Shown one piece after another: positions 1-13,700 of a stretch of DNA of 64,000 bases (positions are counted from its first letter, which is position 1; every line of letters begins with the position of its first letter). Origin of the DNA: Neophaeotheca triangularis (taxonomy: Eukaryota); the NCBI GenBank assembly GCA_054600435.1, contig BAAIJX010000002.1:868001-932000 (forward strand). Direction: 5' to 3'. The notes beneath the pieces were generated by a model. It searched no databases. It saw only the letters and a list, made by a program, of their open reading frames with translations, and was not told the DNA's origin. A program made the position numbers and the translations under genes.

Positions 1-41
1 AACCCTTACTCGTCCTCGGGCGGTTTCCGTACCAAGTCAAC

Positions 42-1770
42 TCACAATACAATCCTCGTAGATAGAACCGGCGATCCCGGTGCAAACGGAAACCGCACAT
101 AGCGCAGCACGATCTCCGCGCCTCCCTCATCCAAATCCGCGGAGATTTTCCGCACGCGCTGGCACTCGGGCACCACATGCCTCAGGCCAGCGGGAAGAGG
201 CGATTCGTAATCGCGCCCCTCTTCGAGCTCGATGAGACGCCGTGCGCACAGTCCCGTGTAGCGGTCTTGCCAAGCGCCGTGGTAGTCGGAAGCTTGAAGC
301 ATCAAGTCGACGGCGAGCCGGCGGATGGCGGGGTCGCGGCATCGGGAGGCTGTGAGGAACATTGGGGGGGTTATGCCGAGGTCGAAACTATAGAGGAGGC
401 TGTAGTGCTGGGTTTTTGTCTTGGGGGAGGCGCTCCAGGTTTGGAGCAGGTTGCGGGCTGCGTTGACTGTGGCGGAGAAATGCGGGGTTAGGGTGTCGAA
501 GATTGCTTCGTTGGGGGTGTGGAGGGTGCTGAGAATGATGACGGCGGTGTGGTAATAGAGGGTCAGGAGGTAGGAGGCAGCGGGTGAGGTGGCTTGGGCG
601 CTTGGGTGGAAGTTGGATGCTAGAACTGCTTGCTTCCATTGTCGTAGGGCGTTGAGGTCCGGATGAGGCTGTGCGAAGGCTTCTGTCGAGTGAGAGTGGC
701 TTGGGAGTGAAAATGCATGGCTCATGATGCTGTCGTATTCCGCACGCGCAGTGACGGGCGTGTCGTACGAGGCGGGAGCCGTCCGAATCGGCAGCGGCGA
801 AGACGGTTGCGCCATATTGTGTATGTGGCGCCGGTCCATGCATAAGCAAAACTGGACTCTAAGTCGTTGTAAGATGGGGATGAGTGTACCGTTCACGAGA
901 GCGGCGGTAGGTCCCGAATACTTTTTCAAGCGCGTGTAAGTGCTTGTTTGGACTTTCCACCACTGCACAAGGTTCAGTCCGGCAGTCATGTGCACAAGGC
1001 AAGCGTTGTCGTTTCTCTGGAATTGTTCAAAACAAACGAAAAGGATACATGACATGAAGGTCACGTCCGGTTCCAGGGACATTTTCAGAGGTTGTGCTCT
1101 AAGCAGCGAAAGCGCTTCTTGCTGGTGCTTGAGAGCGCGCATTCTAGCACCGTTGCTCACCAGTCTCGGGTCGCCATGGAAAAGGGCAAAGTAGTTTCCA
1201 CTTTCCAGACATTCATGCTGCGACGCAAGGGCAACGATCGCGTGCCTAATGATATCGTGAGCGTAGGCGAGTTGGACAAAGGGAGCAGCCCAGTCGTCGC
1301 CGTCTTGTTGACCGAAGATCCTCTTTGTAGTTCTAGTTCGAAAATGATGCAGAGCGCGGCGCTCTCGGTCGCACAGATGAGGCTCTGTGTTGATCATCTG
1401 GCTTTGCATGGGAGAGTAGCAGTAGCCCTCGCAAATGCGACCAGTGGTAATACATTGGCCGCACGCCGACTTCTTCTCGTCGCATTTGACTCGACTGGAT
1501 TGGCATTGCCGTCTTAGTACCTGGTTGCCAGAATAGTCACGTGGGAGATATCGGTACAGCCTTACCGGGATATGGAGAGCGCAAACAAGGTCAGCTTAGC
1601 TTTCTTCCATTTTCTGCAAACAAAGGACACTGGAGGGGCTGGAGGGACTGGGGGGCATGCGTGGCGGACAGGGCACGACTGACTTACTTGCACGTCAAGC
1701 AACCCCCCCGGGCGCGGCCGGCGGAAGTTTTACGCGTTCCATTTCCACTTCCAATCCCCTTGGCTGGCAT
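42..1770 (-). CDS. Zn2Cys6 fungal transcription factor with a C-terminal fungal TF domain (multi-exon)
   Basis: Exon 1 (1770-1688) reads MPAKGIG...GGCLTCK and is followed by GTAAGT. The last exon (1494-42) reads RVKCDEKKSACGQCITTGRICEGY in frame with the 455-aa ORF, which has typical motifs (IRHAIVALAS, CILFVCFE, LFLTASRCRDPAIRR-like). A probable 6-nt micro-exon lies at 1571-1566. Confidence 0.88.
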
Positions 1771-1906
1771 TGCTAACCCGCCCTATATCACTATCTCGCT
1801 GGATGAGCAGGGATGAGGAAGGAATACCATATCAAAGAAATATTCGACTCAGGCGCTGAAGTAACATAGAGAAGGCGGCTAAGGTAAGCGGGATATATGA
1901 CGCCGC

Positions 1907-2052
1907 TATTGTGATATGCAGCGGCACGAACTCGATTGATTGATTACTAAGGACTAAACTAGGTGCTTTGCAGCAAAGCCTGTAAAGACAGATTGCGGCT
2001 TCTGCCTTAGGCATGCGCTGTCACGTACTGTGCAGTACAGCTTATTACAACA
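1907..2052 (-). repeat. Element A 3' LTR (146 bp)
   Basis: TATTG(=TGTTG)...CAACA; near-identical to 34574-34719. Confidence 0.93.
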
Positions 2053-2411
2053 CTCTCCCTACTATTAAGCAACACGTACGTGACTACCCTTTTTAGCAGT
2101 GAATATATGAATGCTACGTTTTGCGGTAATTGCCGCTAATACGCGCTGCTATACGTTGTCACGTAGAAGCTACTAGTGATAGGAAGGTGTTACTATCACT
2201 TTTAGAAAGCTCCTAAAAGAATATAGCACTATAAAAAGGCCTACTCCTCCTACTACAGTTCTCTAACCTTTCCTACTACTATAACTAGCTCCTCTTATCT
2301 TTACTAACTACTAATAACTAGTCTTGTCTTCACTAGTTGCCTTAATACTAATAGCTTCACATTCTACTAATACTAGCTAGTAATACTAATAGCTTTAGTA
2401 CTAATAGTAGT

Positions 2412-3508
2412 ATGGCTACTATTAACTAAAGCATAATGGGTAGTATAGGTAGCTCTAGTAGTAATAAGAAGCCCCTAACTAGTACCCCTTTAACACATAC
2501 TATGTATAACTTAAACTAGTTAGCGACACTAAGTAAGTTACTATAGGATAGCTGTTTCTATAAGCGATAAGCCGTAAGAATTTCGCTAACATTCTTAAAT
2601 AGTCCTAAACTATATCTAGCTAGACTAGATAATGTTAAGCAAATACTACTACAATTCCATAATAATGAAGCTTAGTAGTTCTATGCTTCTAATAAGTCCT
2701 TAGCCCTAAAGAATAAGCTAGAGATAAGGGTAGCTAGTAAGAAATTCAACCTATAATCTACTAAGAATACTAATTACCTCCCCACTACTATAACCTAAGC
2801 TACTAAGGGAGGGAAAATTCATAAAGGGGATATAGCTTATAGTAGATATAAGAAGGGTAATAGCCCTTAGAAGAACTATATTACCTTAGAACATAAAGGA
2901 AAGAAGTTTATAAAGGGTACCTATAGAAATTGTAGTTATAGTAACTATTTTAACTAATATGACTTCTCTTATAAGTACTACTAGCATTTATAGTGCTTAT
3001 AGTGTTTATAGGCTAATTTCTATAGGAATTACTAACATATAGGTAGCCTATTAACTAGTCCTATAAATAAAGTCTTTATAGGAAACTCTAGTGTCTTTAC
3101 TAAGAAGGATAGAGTTAATAGCTAGCTCTCCTATAGTAGCTCCCCTAACGACTAGTAGATATACTAAGGTACTAATCCCTAATAGCATTAACTAGAGGAT
3201 ACTAGCTAGGGCTACTATATTCGCTTAGGCTCTAAGGTAAAGAGTAGATGTCTATAGTAGTAGGTCTACCCTTAATAGGGGGATAGGTACTAAATCTATA
3301 CTATCTACTATAAGAGCTAGGTCTAGTAGAGAAAGTACCTTTTAGGGCTTCCTAACTTCTATAGGAAGTTCTTCTAGTTCTAGTAGTTCTTCTTCCTCTT
3401 TAAGCCTCTTAGTAAGGAAGGATAGTAAGAAGGATAGTAGCTCGAAGGGTAGTTAGGGTAGTCCTAAGGATAGCTAGGGTAGTTTAAAGAATAGCTAGAA
3501 GAAATAAA
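2412..3508 (+). pseudogene. RIP-degraded antisense cargo gene in Copia A, DUF3716-like six-cysteine domain (ends approximate)
   Basis: 2838-2966 after TA->TG reversion reads C-S-R-C-K-K-G-N-G-P-W-K-N-C-x12-G-A-C-G-N-C-x8-C-D-F. TATAAAA at 2230; intron-like GTAAGT...GCTAAC...TAG at 2533-2602; acidic low-complexity tail at ~3410-3508. Confidence 0.6.
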
Positions 3509-3683
3509 ATAAAGGAAAGGATAGTGATAGCCTATAAGGGTATTGTTTCTTAGGAGATAGTTCCCTAGAGTTTTAGTGTTTTCTAGAGTTTCTTAGGTTT
3601 TGTTTCTTAGGTTTCTTAGGTTAGTATAAAGGGAAATGCTATATCCTATAAGGGTGTAATGCTCTCTATAAGTAGGATAATCT

Positions 3684-5463
3684 TAAATCATCTAGTTAGG
3701 GGACTTTAGCTTAGTTAGACTATCTACTAGCTACTTAGTAGTATTAATGTATTTAATACTAATAACCCCCTTCTTAAGCTATTCCCTATAGTAATAGTTT
3801 CTAAGGGAAGTATGTTTTAATCGCTTTAAGTTAGTATAGTCTTCTATAAGTAAGATAGCTAACTTATTATTAATATGAACCTTAATAGTCTTTAAGCTAA
3901 ATTCTATTAAAGGCTAAAGTTTAAGGAAAAGATTCTACATCTAGTTAATTTCCCTTATAGTCTCTATTAATGTAATATACTCTACCTTAGTGCTTAATAG
4001 AATAACTTCCTTCTATCTCTAAGATCTCTAGATTATAGGTATACTATTTATAAAAATGGCTAAGCTAGATATTAATCTAGATGTAGCTAGATTACCTATA
4101 AAATCTAAGTCTAAGTAGGCCTTAATAGAAATCCCTTCCTATCTCTTATAGATAAGCCCTCTATCTATAGTACCTATAATATATCTCTAGATGTGTATTA
4201 TAGCTATAATATGCTCCTTAGATAGGTTTTAGAGGAACTTTACTAAGTAGTTAACTATATAAGAAATGTCTAGCCTTATCTAGTTTACTAGAAATTGTAG
4301 TTCTCTAATTATCTTATTAAAGATATAATAAACCTACTAAGTATATTGCTTCTTAGAAGGTTTATATAAGCGGTTAAGTAGGTACTTAATTATCCTTACT
4401 TAGTCTAAATTATGCCTTTTAAGTTTATTAAAGGTATAATACTTCTAGGATAGCTTAATAGTGTTCCTACTCTCCTTAATATATAGGTCTAGGAAAAGGT
4501 TAGTATCTACCTCCTTAATGCTATACTTCTTCTTTATCCTTATAATAAGCTACTTAATCTTCTTAGGTTTAGGGCTAAAGATCTAGAAGTTATCTATATA
4601 TATTAGAACTAGTATATTATTATTAGTAAAAAGATATATATTAGACTTTATCTACTTTAGTCCTATTAACTTAAGATAGGATATAGTATCTTAGAACTAG
4701 AGGTAAGCTACTTACTTAAGACTATATAAGCCCTTATTAATCTTTATAAGCTTGCCCTTCTTATCTTTAAGAATAAGTTTAAGTCCTCTTAGTGCCTAGA
4801 TAAAGATCTATCTATCTAGATTAGGATTTAAGAATACTATCTCTATATTAATCTAGGTTCTACTCTATTTAAGCTAGAATATAATAGCTAGGAGGATCCT
4901 TCCTATTCCTAGTCTTAGTATTAGTATAAAGGTGTTAATATAATTAGTATCTTATTTCTATAAGAATCCCCTTACTATCTATCTAGCCTTATACTTATTA
5001 ATAGAGCTATCTAGGAGAAGCTTTAGCTTAAATACCTACTTCCCTATAAGTGCTCTTCTACTAGGTAGTAGCTCTAATTACTTAATCTAGGTAATTATGC
5101 TAGTAGATTTAAGGCTTTTAATCTCCTTAATTATTATAGCCTTCTACTAGCTTATATCCTTTCTACTAAATGTATCGTAATAGTCCTTAGGACTATTAGT
5201 AGCTTAGGTTATAGCTCCTATATATAACTACCTATAATTCTATAGTTTTATAGGCCTACCTACCCTTAAATATATTAAGGGCTAGGGGGATAGTAATCTC
5301 TTCCTCTTACTAGTAGTTAGTTAAGGGAAGAATAGTGTTATTAGGGTATCTCCTTAATCTTCCTCTATTTAGTTAACTAAGGGCTACTACTACTCTCCCT
5401 AATTTATAGGGGAGACTTCTTAGTACTCTCCCTATTCTATAGGAGAGGCTTCTTATTATTACT
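3684..5463 (-). pseudogene. Copia A RT/RNase H remnant
   Basis: Minus strand gives RIPed LIYVDD (~4600) and an IKVH-like RNase H motif (~3880); riddled with TAA/TAG stops. Confidence 0.75.
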
Positions 5464-5882
5464 TATTACGATCCTATAAGGTAGTCTTATAGGTAGAGCT
5501 CGTAGTAGAAGAGGAGAGATATCGTAGAAGGCTAGTAAGGGTATTTCCTTTATTATAAGGATTTCAAAGATATGTGAAGTGTCGCTATAGACCTTTTAGT
5601 AAGATTATAATATAAGTTAAACACAAATCTCTATCTAGGAAATATCGCTAGCTATATATATAGGAGATTCATATTAGATTAATCCTTAACTAATCCATTA
5701 TACTTAGGATTAGACTAATCCTAAGTGTCCTAGCTTAGACTCAGTCTAAGTCTAAGCGAGTATGCTTAGTTAAAGTCTAAGCGAACATCTTAGCTAGTTC
5801 TAAGATTATATGTCTAGTAAGCTTTAGGGTTAGACCCTAGCTTAGACTAGGGATTCTAGTTCTACTTAGCTTAGCTATAATA
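5464..5882 (-). repeat. B1 3' LTR
   Basis: RIPed match to the B2 LTR; followed by CTATCCCCCTT (minus-strand PPT). Confidence 0.92.
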
Positions 5883-8800
5883 CTATCCCCCTTTTAGCTT
5901 AGCTTTGTCCTCAAAGCCTAATAAAGTTCCGTTATTCCCTACATCGTTTTGTTATCAAGTTTTATAATATCTTCTACCCTATCCTATAAATAATAATGTC
6001 TCAATCTTTTAGCTAAAGTCGAGAAGTCTAGAATAACTAACATAGCACCCTATTTAGCCTATTAATCTACGAGGAAATCGCCTTTAGCCGAACTAGTACG
6101 ATATGTGATTAGTACTCGATCTAGTCGGTATTTAGAATATATATGTAAAGGATATACTAAGTGTAACATAAAGCTTAGTTATCCTAAGTAGGAAAAATAG
6201 AGAGATTCATGTAACAAACTAATAGTAGTTAGAGGAGTATAAGGAGGAGGAGCTCGAGCTTTTATAAAAACTACATAAGCATCATTCGAAAAAGTTGTAG
6301 TTGTAGAAACAGCTTCATTATACTAAGGGTCGTATAGAAACCATAGTGTCTAGAGAGTTAGAGGATTTAGAGTAAGTAGATTAGTTAGAGGAAGATCTCT
6401 TAGGTCTAGTTAACACTAGAGTTGAGATTATGTAGCGTCTAGGCTTTATTAGTATTCTAGAGATGTCGATATAGGACTAGAGTGCTATCGATAGCTTAGA
6501 TCTTCCTTCTAAGCTTTAGGATTTCGGTCCTAATAATATTATTATAGGGCCTTCTAGTAGTTAAGTAAGTTGTCCTTAGGTTCCTAAGTATTTTCGCTTA
6601 TATAGTAACCTTTCTATTTCATGAGGTAGTTCTAACTATCCTTATCTAGAATCTTTTCGACCTTATACTTAGCTTCTTCCTCTAGTAGATTATAGTGAAA
6701 GATATCTTAGATTAGTGTTTTGGGATCTACTAGTTTGAGTAAGGATATATAGAAGACTAGGTAGATTCTAGCATCTTTTAGGAGTTAGAGGAAGTAGTTG
6801 ACTTTTCCTCTTTATTCTTTAACTAGAAACGGTCTGACTTTAATATAGTCTAGTTTTCGTGTTCATCTCCTTATCTTTAGGTTTTTCATAAGTAGGTACA
6901 CCTTATCCCCCTTCTTAAGCTAAGGTGCCGTTTTAGAGTCCTTATATCTTTATGACTCGAGTCGCTACTATAATTATGTGATTTTGTCTTTCGCCTATTT
7001 ATGTGCTTCCTATAGCTATAAAGATGTTTATAGGGCTCTTTCTACGAGTAGTCCTAGTTTTAGTTCTATGAAAATATTTAGATCTTTTCTAAAGTTTATA
7101 TAGAATAGAGTTATACCTATCGTTTCTAAGGCATTATTGTTAAGTATGAGCTATACTATAGGTAAGAGTACTACCTAATTATCCTGAGCGTAATTGATGT
7201 AATGTCGTAAGTATGTTTCGAGGGATTAGTTCGAGCATTCTATCTATCTATTAGTTTCTAGGTAAAATGCCGTTAATAGCTTATGTTTCACTCTGATTAC
7301 TAAAATCAAGGTCTTCTAGTAATTAGATATAAAGAGCTTATCTCTATCTATAATTAGAACTGTTAGAATGCTATAGTATTATACTAATCTGTCGAGGACG
7401 AGGTATCCGAGTTCTTCTATAGTAACTATCTCGTTATAGGGAATGAAATGTGAATACTTCGTAAGTCTATCGACTATAACTAGAATTGAATTATAGTCCT
7501 TACCTATTAATAGGTCCTTAGATCTTAGTAACTTGACGACAAAATCCATTATGACCTCATTCTATAGTAGATCTAGTAGCTCCTAGAATTGTAGGTTTCT
7601 ATATTTAGTATGTCTTAAAGCTTTATTTTATTAGTAGCTTATATACTTCTTGATGTACTCTAAGACCTTCTATCTTATTCTAAGGAACACGAAGTTGCGT
7701 CTAATATGTTCTACTATTCTAGCGATTCCTAGATGTCTATTAGTAGGTCTATCGTAGTAGTCCTAGATGTACTAGCATTCCTTTTCGTGTAGAACCCTAA
7801 ACTTCCTATGTTCGATAGGGAATTCCTTAGTGTTATCCCTAAGTACTTATAGTACTAAGTTAAATTCCTAAGGGTTAGCGCTTAGGCTTCTATCCTTATT
7901 AACTTTTAGTATATAGTGTTACTATAGAAGGTGTCCTTCTATGTAGTCGCTTCTTCTACTTAGCGCGTCGGCGCGTCTATTGTCTTTTCTAGGAGTATAG
8001 ACTATATTAAACTTATATTGTCTAAGTAGCTCTAACTATCTACATTATTAGCGTAATAGTTCCTTAGTAATTATGAAATATTATAGGTTCTTATGATCTA
8101 AGTAAATAGTTAATCTAGTTACTCCTTTACAGTATACTCTCTAGTATCATAATACTATAATGATTATGAGTAGTTCTTTATTATAGATCTCATAATTCTA
8201 TTCTACTAGTAATATCTTTCTTAAGAAGTAAGCGATAGGGTGTTGTTTACTTTCAACCTCCTATATGAGGTAAGCTCTTATTACTTTATTAGAGGCATCT
8301 ATTTCGATTTAGATAGGTCTCTTAGGGTCAAACATCCTAAGTATAGGGGTAGTTATATATAACTCCTTAAGCTTATTAAAGGATTGTTGTTAAATCTTTC
8401 CCTATATAAATAGTATATCCTTCTTCATAAGGTTAGTTAGAGGTATAGTAAGCCTTAAATAATCCTACATGAATTTCTAATTATAGTTAGCTAATCTAAG
8501 GAATACTTAAATGTCCTTAACTAACTTAGGTATTAGCTATTCCTCGATTAATTGAGTTTTCTTTAGGTCTATTTAGATCCTAGTAGTGCTAATTATAAAG
8601 CCTAGAAAGTCGACTTCCTTCTTATAGAACTCATACTTCTCTAGTACTATTCTAAAGTCTACTTTATCAAGTCATTCGAATACTATGTATATGTCCTTAA
8701 TATACTATTCTCATGATCCTTTCGTGAAGACCAATATGTCGTTGATATAAGCAATAACAGTAATATCGAGTAGGTCTTATAGGATGTCATTAATAAGTTA

Positions 8801-9723
8801 CTAATAGGTTACTAGGGCATTTATAAGTCCTATAGACATGACCTAGAATTCATAAAGTCTATAGCGCGTTCGAAAAGCTATTTTCTACTCTTCCCCCCTT
8901 ACTATTCTAACTAAGTAGAATACATCTCGAAGATCAATTTTAGTGAACTAGTATAAACTAGTGAGTCGATCTCTTATCTCGTCGATATTAGGTAGTAAAT
9001 AACAGTTTTTAGTAGTGATCGCATTAAGTCATCTGAAATCGATAACTATTCGTAGTTTTCCTCCTTTCTTTAGAACGAAAAACGGTAGTGAAGTAGCTAA
9101 TAAAGTAGAGGGTCGAATCTATCCTTTCTTTATTTTTTCATCTAGCTATTATTATTACTCTTCGAGCTCTTTTTTGGATAGCGTGTAAAGTGGCCCCTAT
9201 AGTATCTTTATACTAGGCTAAATGTCGATTTAGTAGTCCTATAGTTAATATCTAGGTAGAGCGGCTACTCCTTCTTCTTCCTAGAAAAGGCGCTTCTATT
9301 TCCTAAATTCTCTAGGGATATCTAAAGGTATATAACTTCCTTTCTCAACTCTTACCTATTAGTCCATTTAGGCTAGTTTAGTACCTATAGAGTCTAATCT
9401 AATTCATATTAGTATTATGGTCGATTAGCGATATGTTTCGTTGATCTACCTTCTCTTATCTACTATCGATCGCTACTAGTATGTAGGGTAGGTTGTAGTG
9501 ATGTAACTATACCTATCGAATATAAGTACTCGTTTTCTCTAATCTACTATAGGATTATGTCGTTCTAACTAAGGAGTACCTAGAACGATGTTATGTCTAG
9601 CTATAGGTATAACATCTAGGACAATTCGCTCGTGATACTTTTAGAAGACAAGTAGTAGTAGTACTATTTTGCTATCTACGTTAGGTAGTAATGAGCTATC
9701 TACGGCTATTAGTTCGTACCTAC

Positions 9724-10078
9724 TATCGTAGTGACTCCTATACTATGTTCGTAGGCGTACTAGTTTTACGGTATTTGCTTTATCATTACCCCCTTCACAT
9801 ACCTACACCTCCCCCTACACTAGTACTTACATCTTAGACATCTATCTAGATAGATATATATAGAATGAATTGCGACTACTTGAATTAGCCTCTAGGCACT
9901 ATGACTAACCTAACTAATTTCTGACCCCTAATGTATTATTCGTAACTGTTACGAATAATCCCTAATTCTTGACTACACCTAATTCCTAATCCTACTACAT
10001 TATTTATAATTATTATGAATAATACCTCCCTAAGTAAAACTAGTCTCCTAGCTTCTCGAGTACTCTTACTACTCGACA
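9724..10078 (+). repeat. Element C 5' LTR
   Basis: Direct repeat of 21423-21777; contains two 25-bp palindromes. Confidence 0.92.
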
Positions 10079-10757
10079 TATTTAGAGCCAAAGGTAGGGC
10101 GATCATATATTGTCTTCGTCCTAATAGTCGAACCTATACTCTAGGAATTATACCTACTATAAGACTACCTAACTTATAGAACTTACCCTTCGATAAGGGG
10201 ACTAGAAAAGGGACTCGACAACGCGATAGTAGCGCTATAGTTAACCCTAAGAAACCCACTACTCTACCCTACTATTCTCCTGTCCTAACGAAACGATGAT
10301 GGCAGCTTCTAGACAACCTAGACTACTACTTACTACTTTAGCTTTCCTCGCCCTTACCATTCTACTTAGCCTAGATACAGTTATCTATACTACATAAGGT
10401 TTCGGACTATTCGGTATTATCGCTAAAAACTTAATAGAGCTTCAAAAATGCGGAGGCTAGAGTCCCCTATAATGACGCTTATCTCATTTTAATAGAGGTA
10501 AACCCTCTATATACTACTAGAGAATCCGGACCTTTAGGACCTCTAGTAGAGAAAAGATATTATCTCGGCTATAGATCAAAGAAAGACTATAAGGTACTAC
10601 TTAAGATTAACTTCGTAAATTCACTACTAAGAACATCGCTTACATTCTCAGCTTCCTTACTTAGTCTATTACTTATATGTTCCAAGATTCTACTATTTTA
10701 CTTATGCCGCCTTACTATTATTACTATTTCTAGAAAACTGAATAAATAACTAAAAAT

Positions 10758-13700
10758 ATGTCTAACTCTCCTCTCGACGTTTCCCTTACCCTAGAAGATA
10801 TATAGGATGTAGGGCCTACTACTTCCTTAGTACTATCTACCCCTACGCTCACCCTAGGATCTAGTAAGGACAGCCCTAGGGCGTCCCTACCGTTGCGTCC
10901 TACTAATACCCTAGGGTACATAATTATAGTGCCTCCCCTAAGCCCTTATGAGCCTAGGGCGGCCTACTTCGATAGTAGTAACCTTATGAGCTTTATATAG
11001 AAGTATAAGAAGATATGTATACGGTTTAGGTTCGACTCCTATCATGTAGCCGAACTACTCGATAGCTATGTTAGCGACGAGGTCTAGGCCTAGGTATTAG
11101 ACCTCGAGCATAATAGCTTATTAGTAGGCATCTTTACTACTATAAAGGTCAAGTTTAGGGACTTCGACTTAGAGCGACTTACTAGAAGTGTTCAAGCGCT
11201 CGTAGGTTTCGTAGCTAAGAGTAAAGCTATTAGCTATCTAAATAGGATCCTAGAGTATGTTCGCGGTTTCGAGAGCATTATCTATAAGGCTAAAGATTAG
11301 GGGTACCCTCTTAGGGGACTAGAGATTATAAAGCACTTCCTCTATAGTTTACCTTAGAGCTTATAGGAGCGTCTCATCTAGTAGTTCTAGATTAATCTAC
11401 TTATGTCTAGCGAGTCTATCAAGTACCGATAACTATTTAGGGCTATCGAGGACAAGGTCTATACTAACTAATCCTTAGAGATGTTGAATTCAGTTCACAA
11501 TATAATAACCTGTACGGATACTAGCGAGAAACCTATCATGTCTATACTAGTCCCTACTATAGCATTCCTAGCACTAGCTTTTAGGAGCTAGGGATGTCCT
11601 ATATCTAACTTCCCTAAACAGCCTACCTCTAAAAAGGAAATAGACGAACTAGTAGCTAAGTTTAAGATGCTTAAGTTAAACGCTATAGACCTAGCCATTA
11701 TAGTTAAGAATGTAGGCTACTACGGATTCACTATGTCTAACATTCTAGCTAGCGCTATAACTAATGTCTTCTAGATAGCTCCTTAACCTTCTTTTCCTAA
11801 ACAGTCTACTTATGTCCCTACTACTACTACCTCTAATTTTAATAACTATATATAGTATCCTAGTTAGGGTTATAGCGCTCTAAATGCTACCTATAGAATA
11901 GTACTAGGAAGCTGTTTCATGTGTAGTAGCCTATATAGATAGATGACTTACCCTAGATTTCTCGAGCTTATTAATAAGGGACTTATACACTCTAACCTAA
12001 GTAGTAAATACATCTAATAGGGATCTGTTCAAAACCCGGGAGATGAACTCTAAAGGCTTCTATAGGAAAACCGGCTCGATGCTATTAAGTAGAAGATTGA
12101 ATAGAGCGAGAACTAGTTCATGCCTATCGCTATATAAGGTCCCGCGGTTCGCTTTATAACTACACTCCCTCTATTATCCCGTTCCGACACCTCTAAGGAT
12201 AAGGATGATACCTCTTTATATCTAATATAGACTCGATCTAGCCTAGGGCTAGTTCAAGACCTAGATACGAGAGTGTATAAGAAGCGAGCTACTCCTAAAG
12301 TCCGCGTAATAAGGCCTAGCGAGTATAAGAAGCTAGTAGATAGCGCGGCTTATAAGAGAAGCTAGACTATGCCCTACGACTTACTAATTAATCGACTAGT
12401 TAAGGAAAGGGACACTAATGACGAAGACTAGTAATAGCTAGCGCTACTAGCGATAAAGTAGTAGGCCTCGAGACATATAAAGCTCCTTAATGTCCTTATC
12501 TAGAATTAGTATGATTACGCTATAATGCTAGAGATACTCCTTAGTAGCGATATTACCGTAAACTATATAGATGTCTTAGCGAAGATACTAGGTATCTAGA
12601 AGCTACTATTTAGCCTACTACCTAAGGGGCTAGCTAATAATATATAGCGAGAAATAGACATAACTACTACATAAAGGTGTCTTGCCTACGAAGCGAAGAA
12701 GTCTACTACTAGGAGTACTTCCATGTTACCTACTATTACTACTACTCACGATTCGGTCGATAGGTAGTAACGGAATACTACTACATTAAACACTATATTA
12801 CTCTATATAACTACCTATGACGTCGACGATCTCATGGGAGAGGACCTAGTTTACTATAATGACTCTCTAGTCTACGAGATGAGGATTAGAAAGGCTAATG
12901 TCACTATACTCCTTAACTCTAGTACGGATATTAATGTCATGACGAGGGACGTTACTAAGCTCGCCTAACTACCTATTACGAGATTGCCATTATCTATTAG
13001 TCTAGACATTATGGTAGCGAACGGAGATGTAGTTACCTTTATTAGGTAGGTCCCTAACGCGCCTGTTTAGGTAGGCTAAGTCGTTATATATACGCCGATA
13101 CTAGTCATAGAATAGTTGTCGAAACCCTATATCCTTAGAGAGCTATATGCTTACCGCGCTTCCCTCAAAGTTTAGAGGAATCTATTAGGTAAAGTTACCT
13201 ACTAGGTCACTAGCGAGGATAGTTTAGTAACTACGGACTTTGTCCCTAGTATAGGAATTCGTCGACTAGTAGGCTTAGATTCTAAAGCTAGAGACCATTT
13301 CTCCCTTAATAGTGTTAGTATGTATATAGTACATATAGATTAGAGCGCGTCCTCTATTCATTTATTAAAAGGTAGGGCGGATAAGTAGGTTCGATTACTA
13401 CTACTAATACCTACCGAGAACTAAGCAAATCATTATTTATAACTATTACGAACAATCCTACTATTCGCGAGATGACTAATAACACTACTAGAACCCGAGT
13501 ATTGTTCGTAACTACTACGAATAATGTCTCTAGTCATATGATACCTAGACGCTCTACTAACTCTATGACTAGTACTTAAGCATTATTTATAACTACTACG
13601 AATAATGCCCTAGGTAGGGTCTCCTACATATAGAGGTCTAGTACAATAGTAGATAGTGTAAAGCTCTCGTAGAGTGTGAAACCTTTAGAACTTATAGCTC

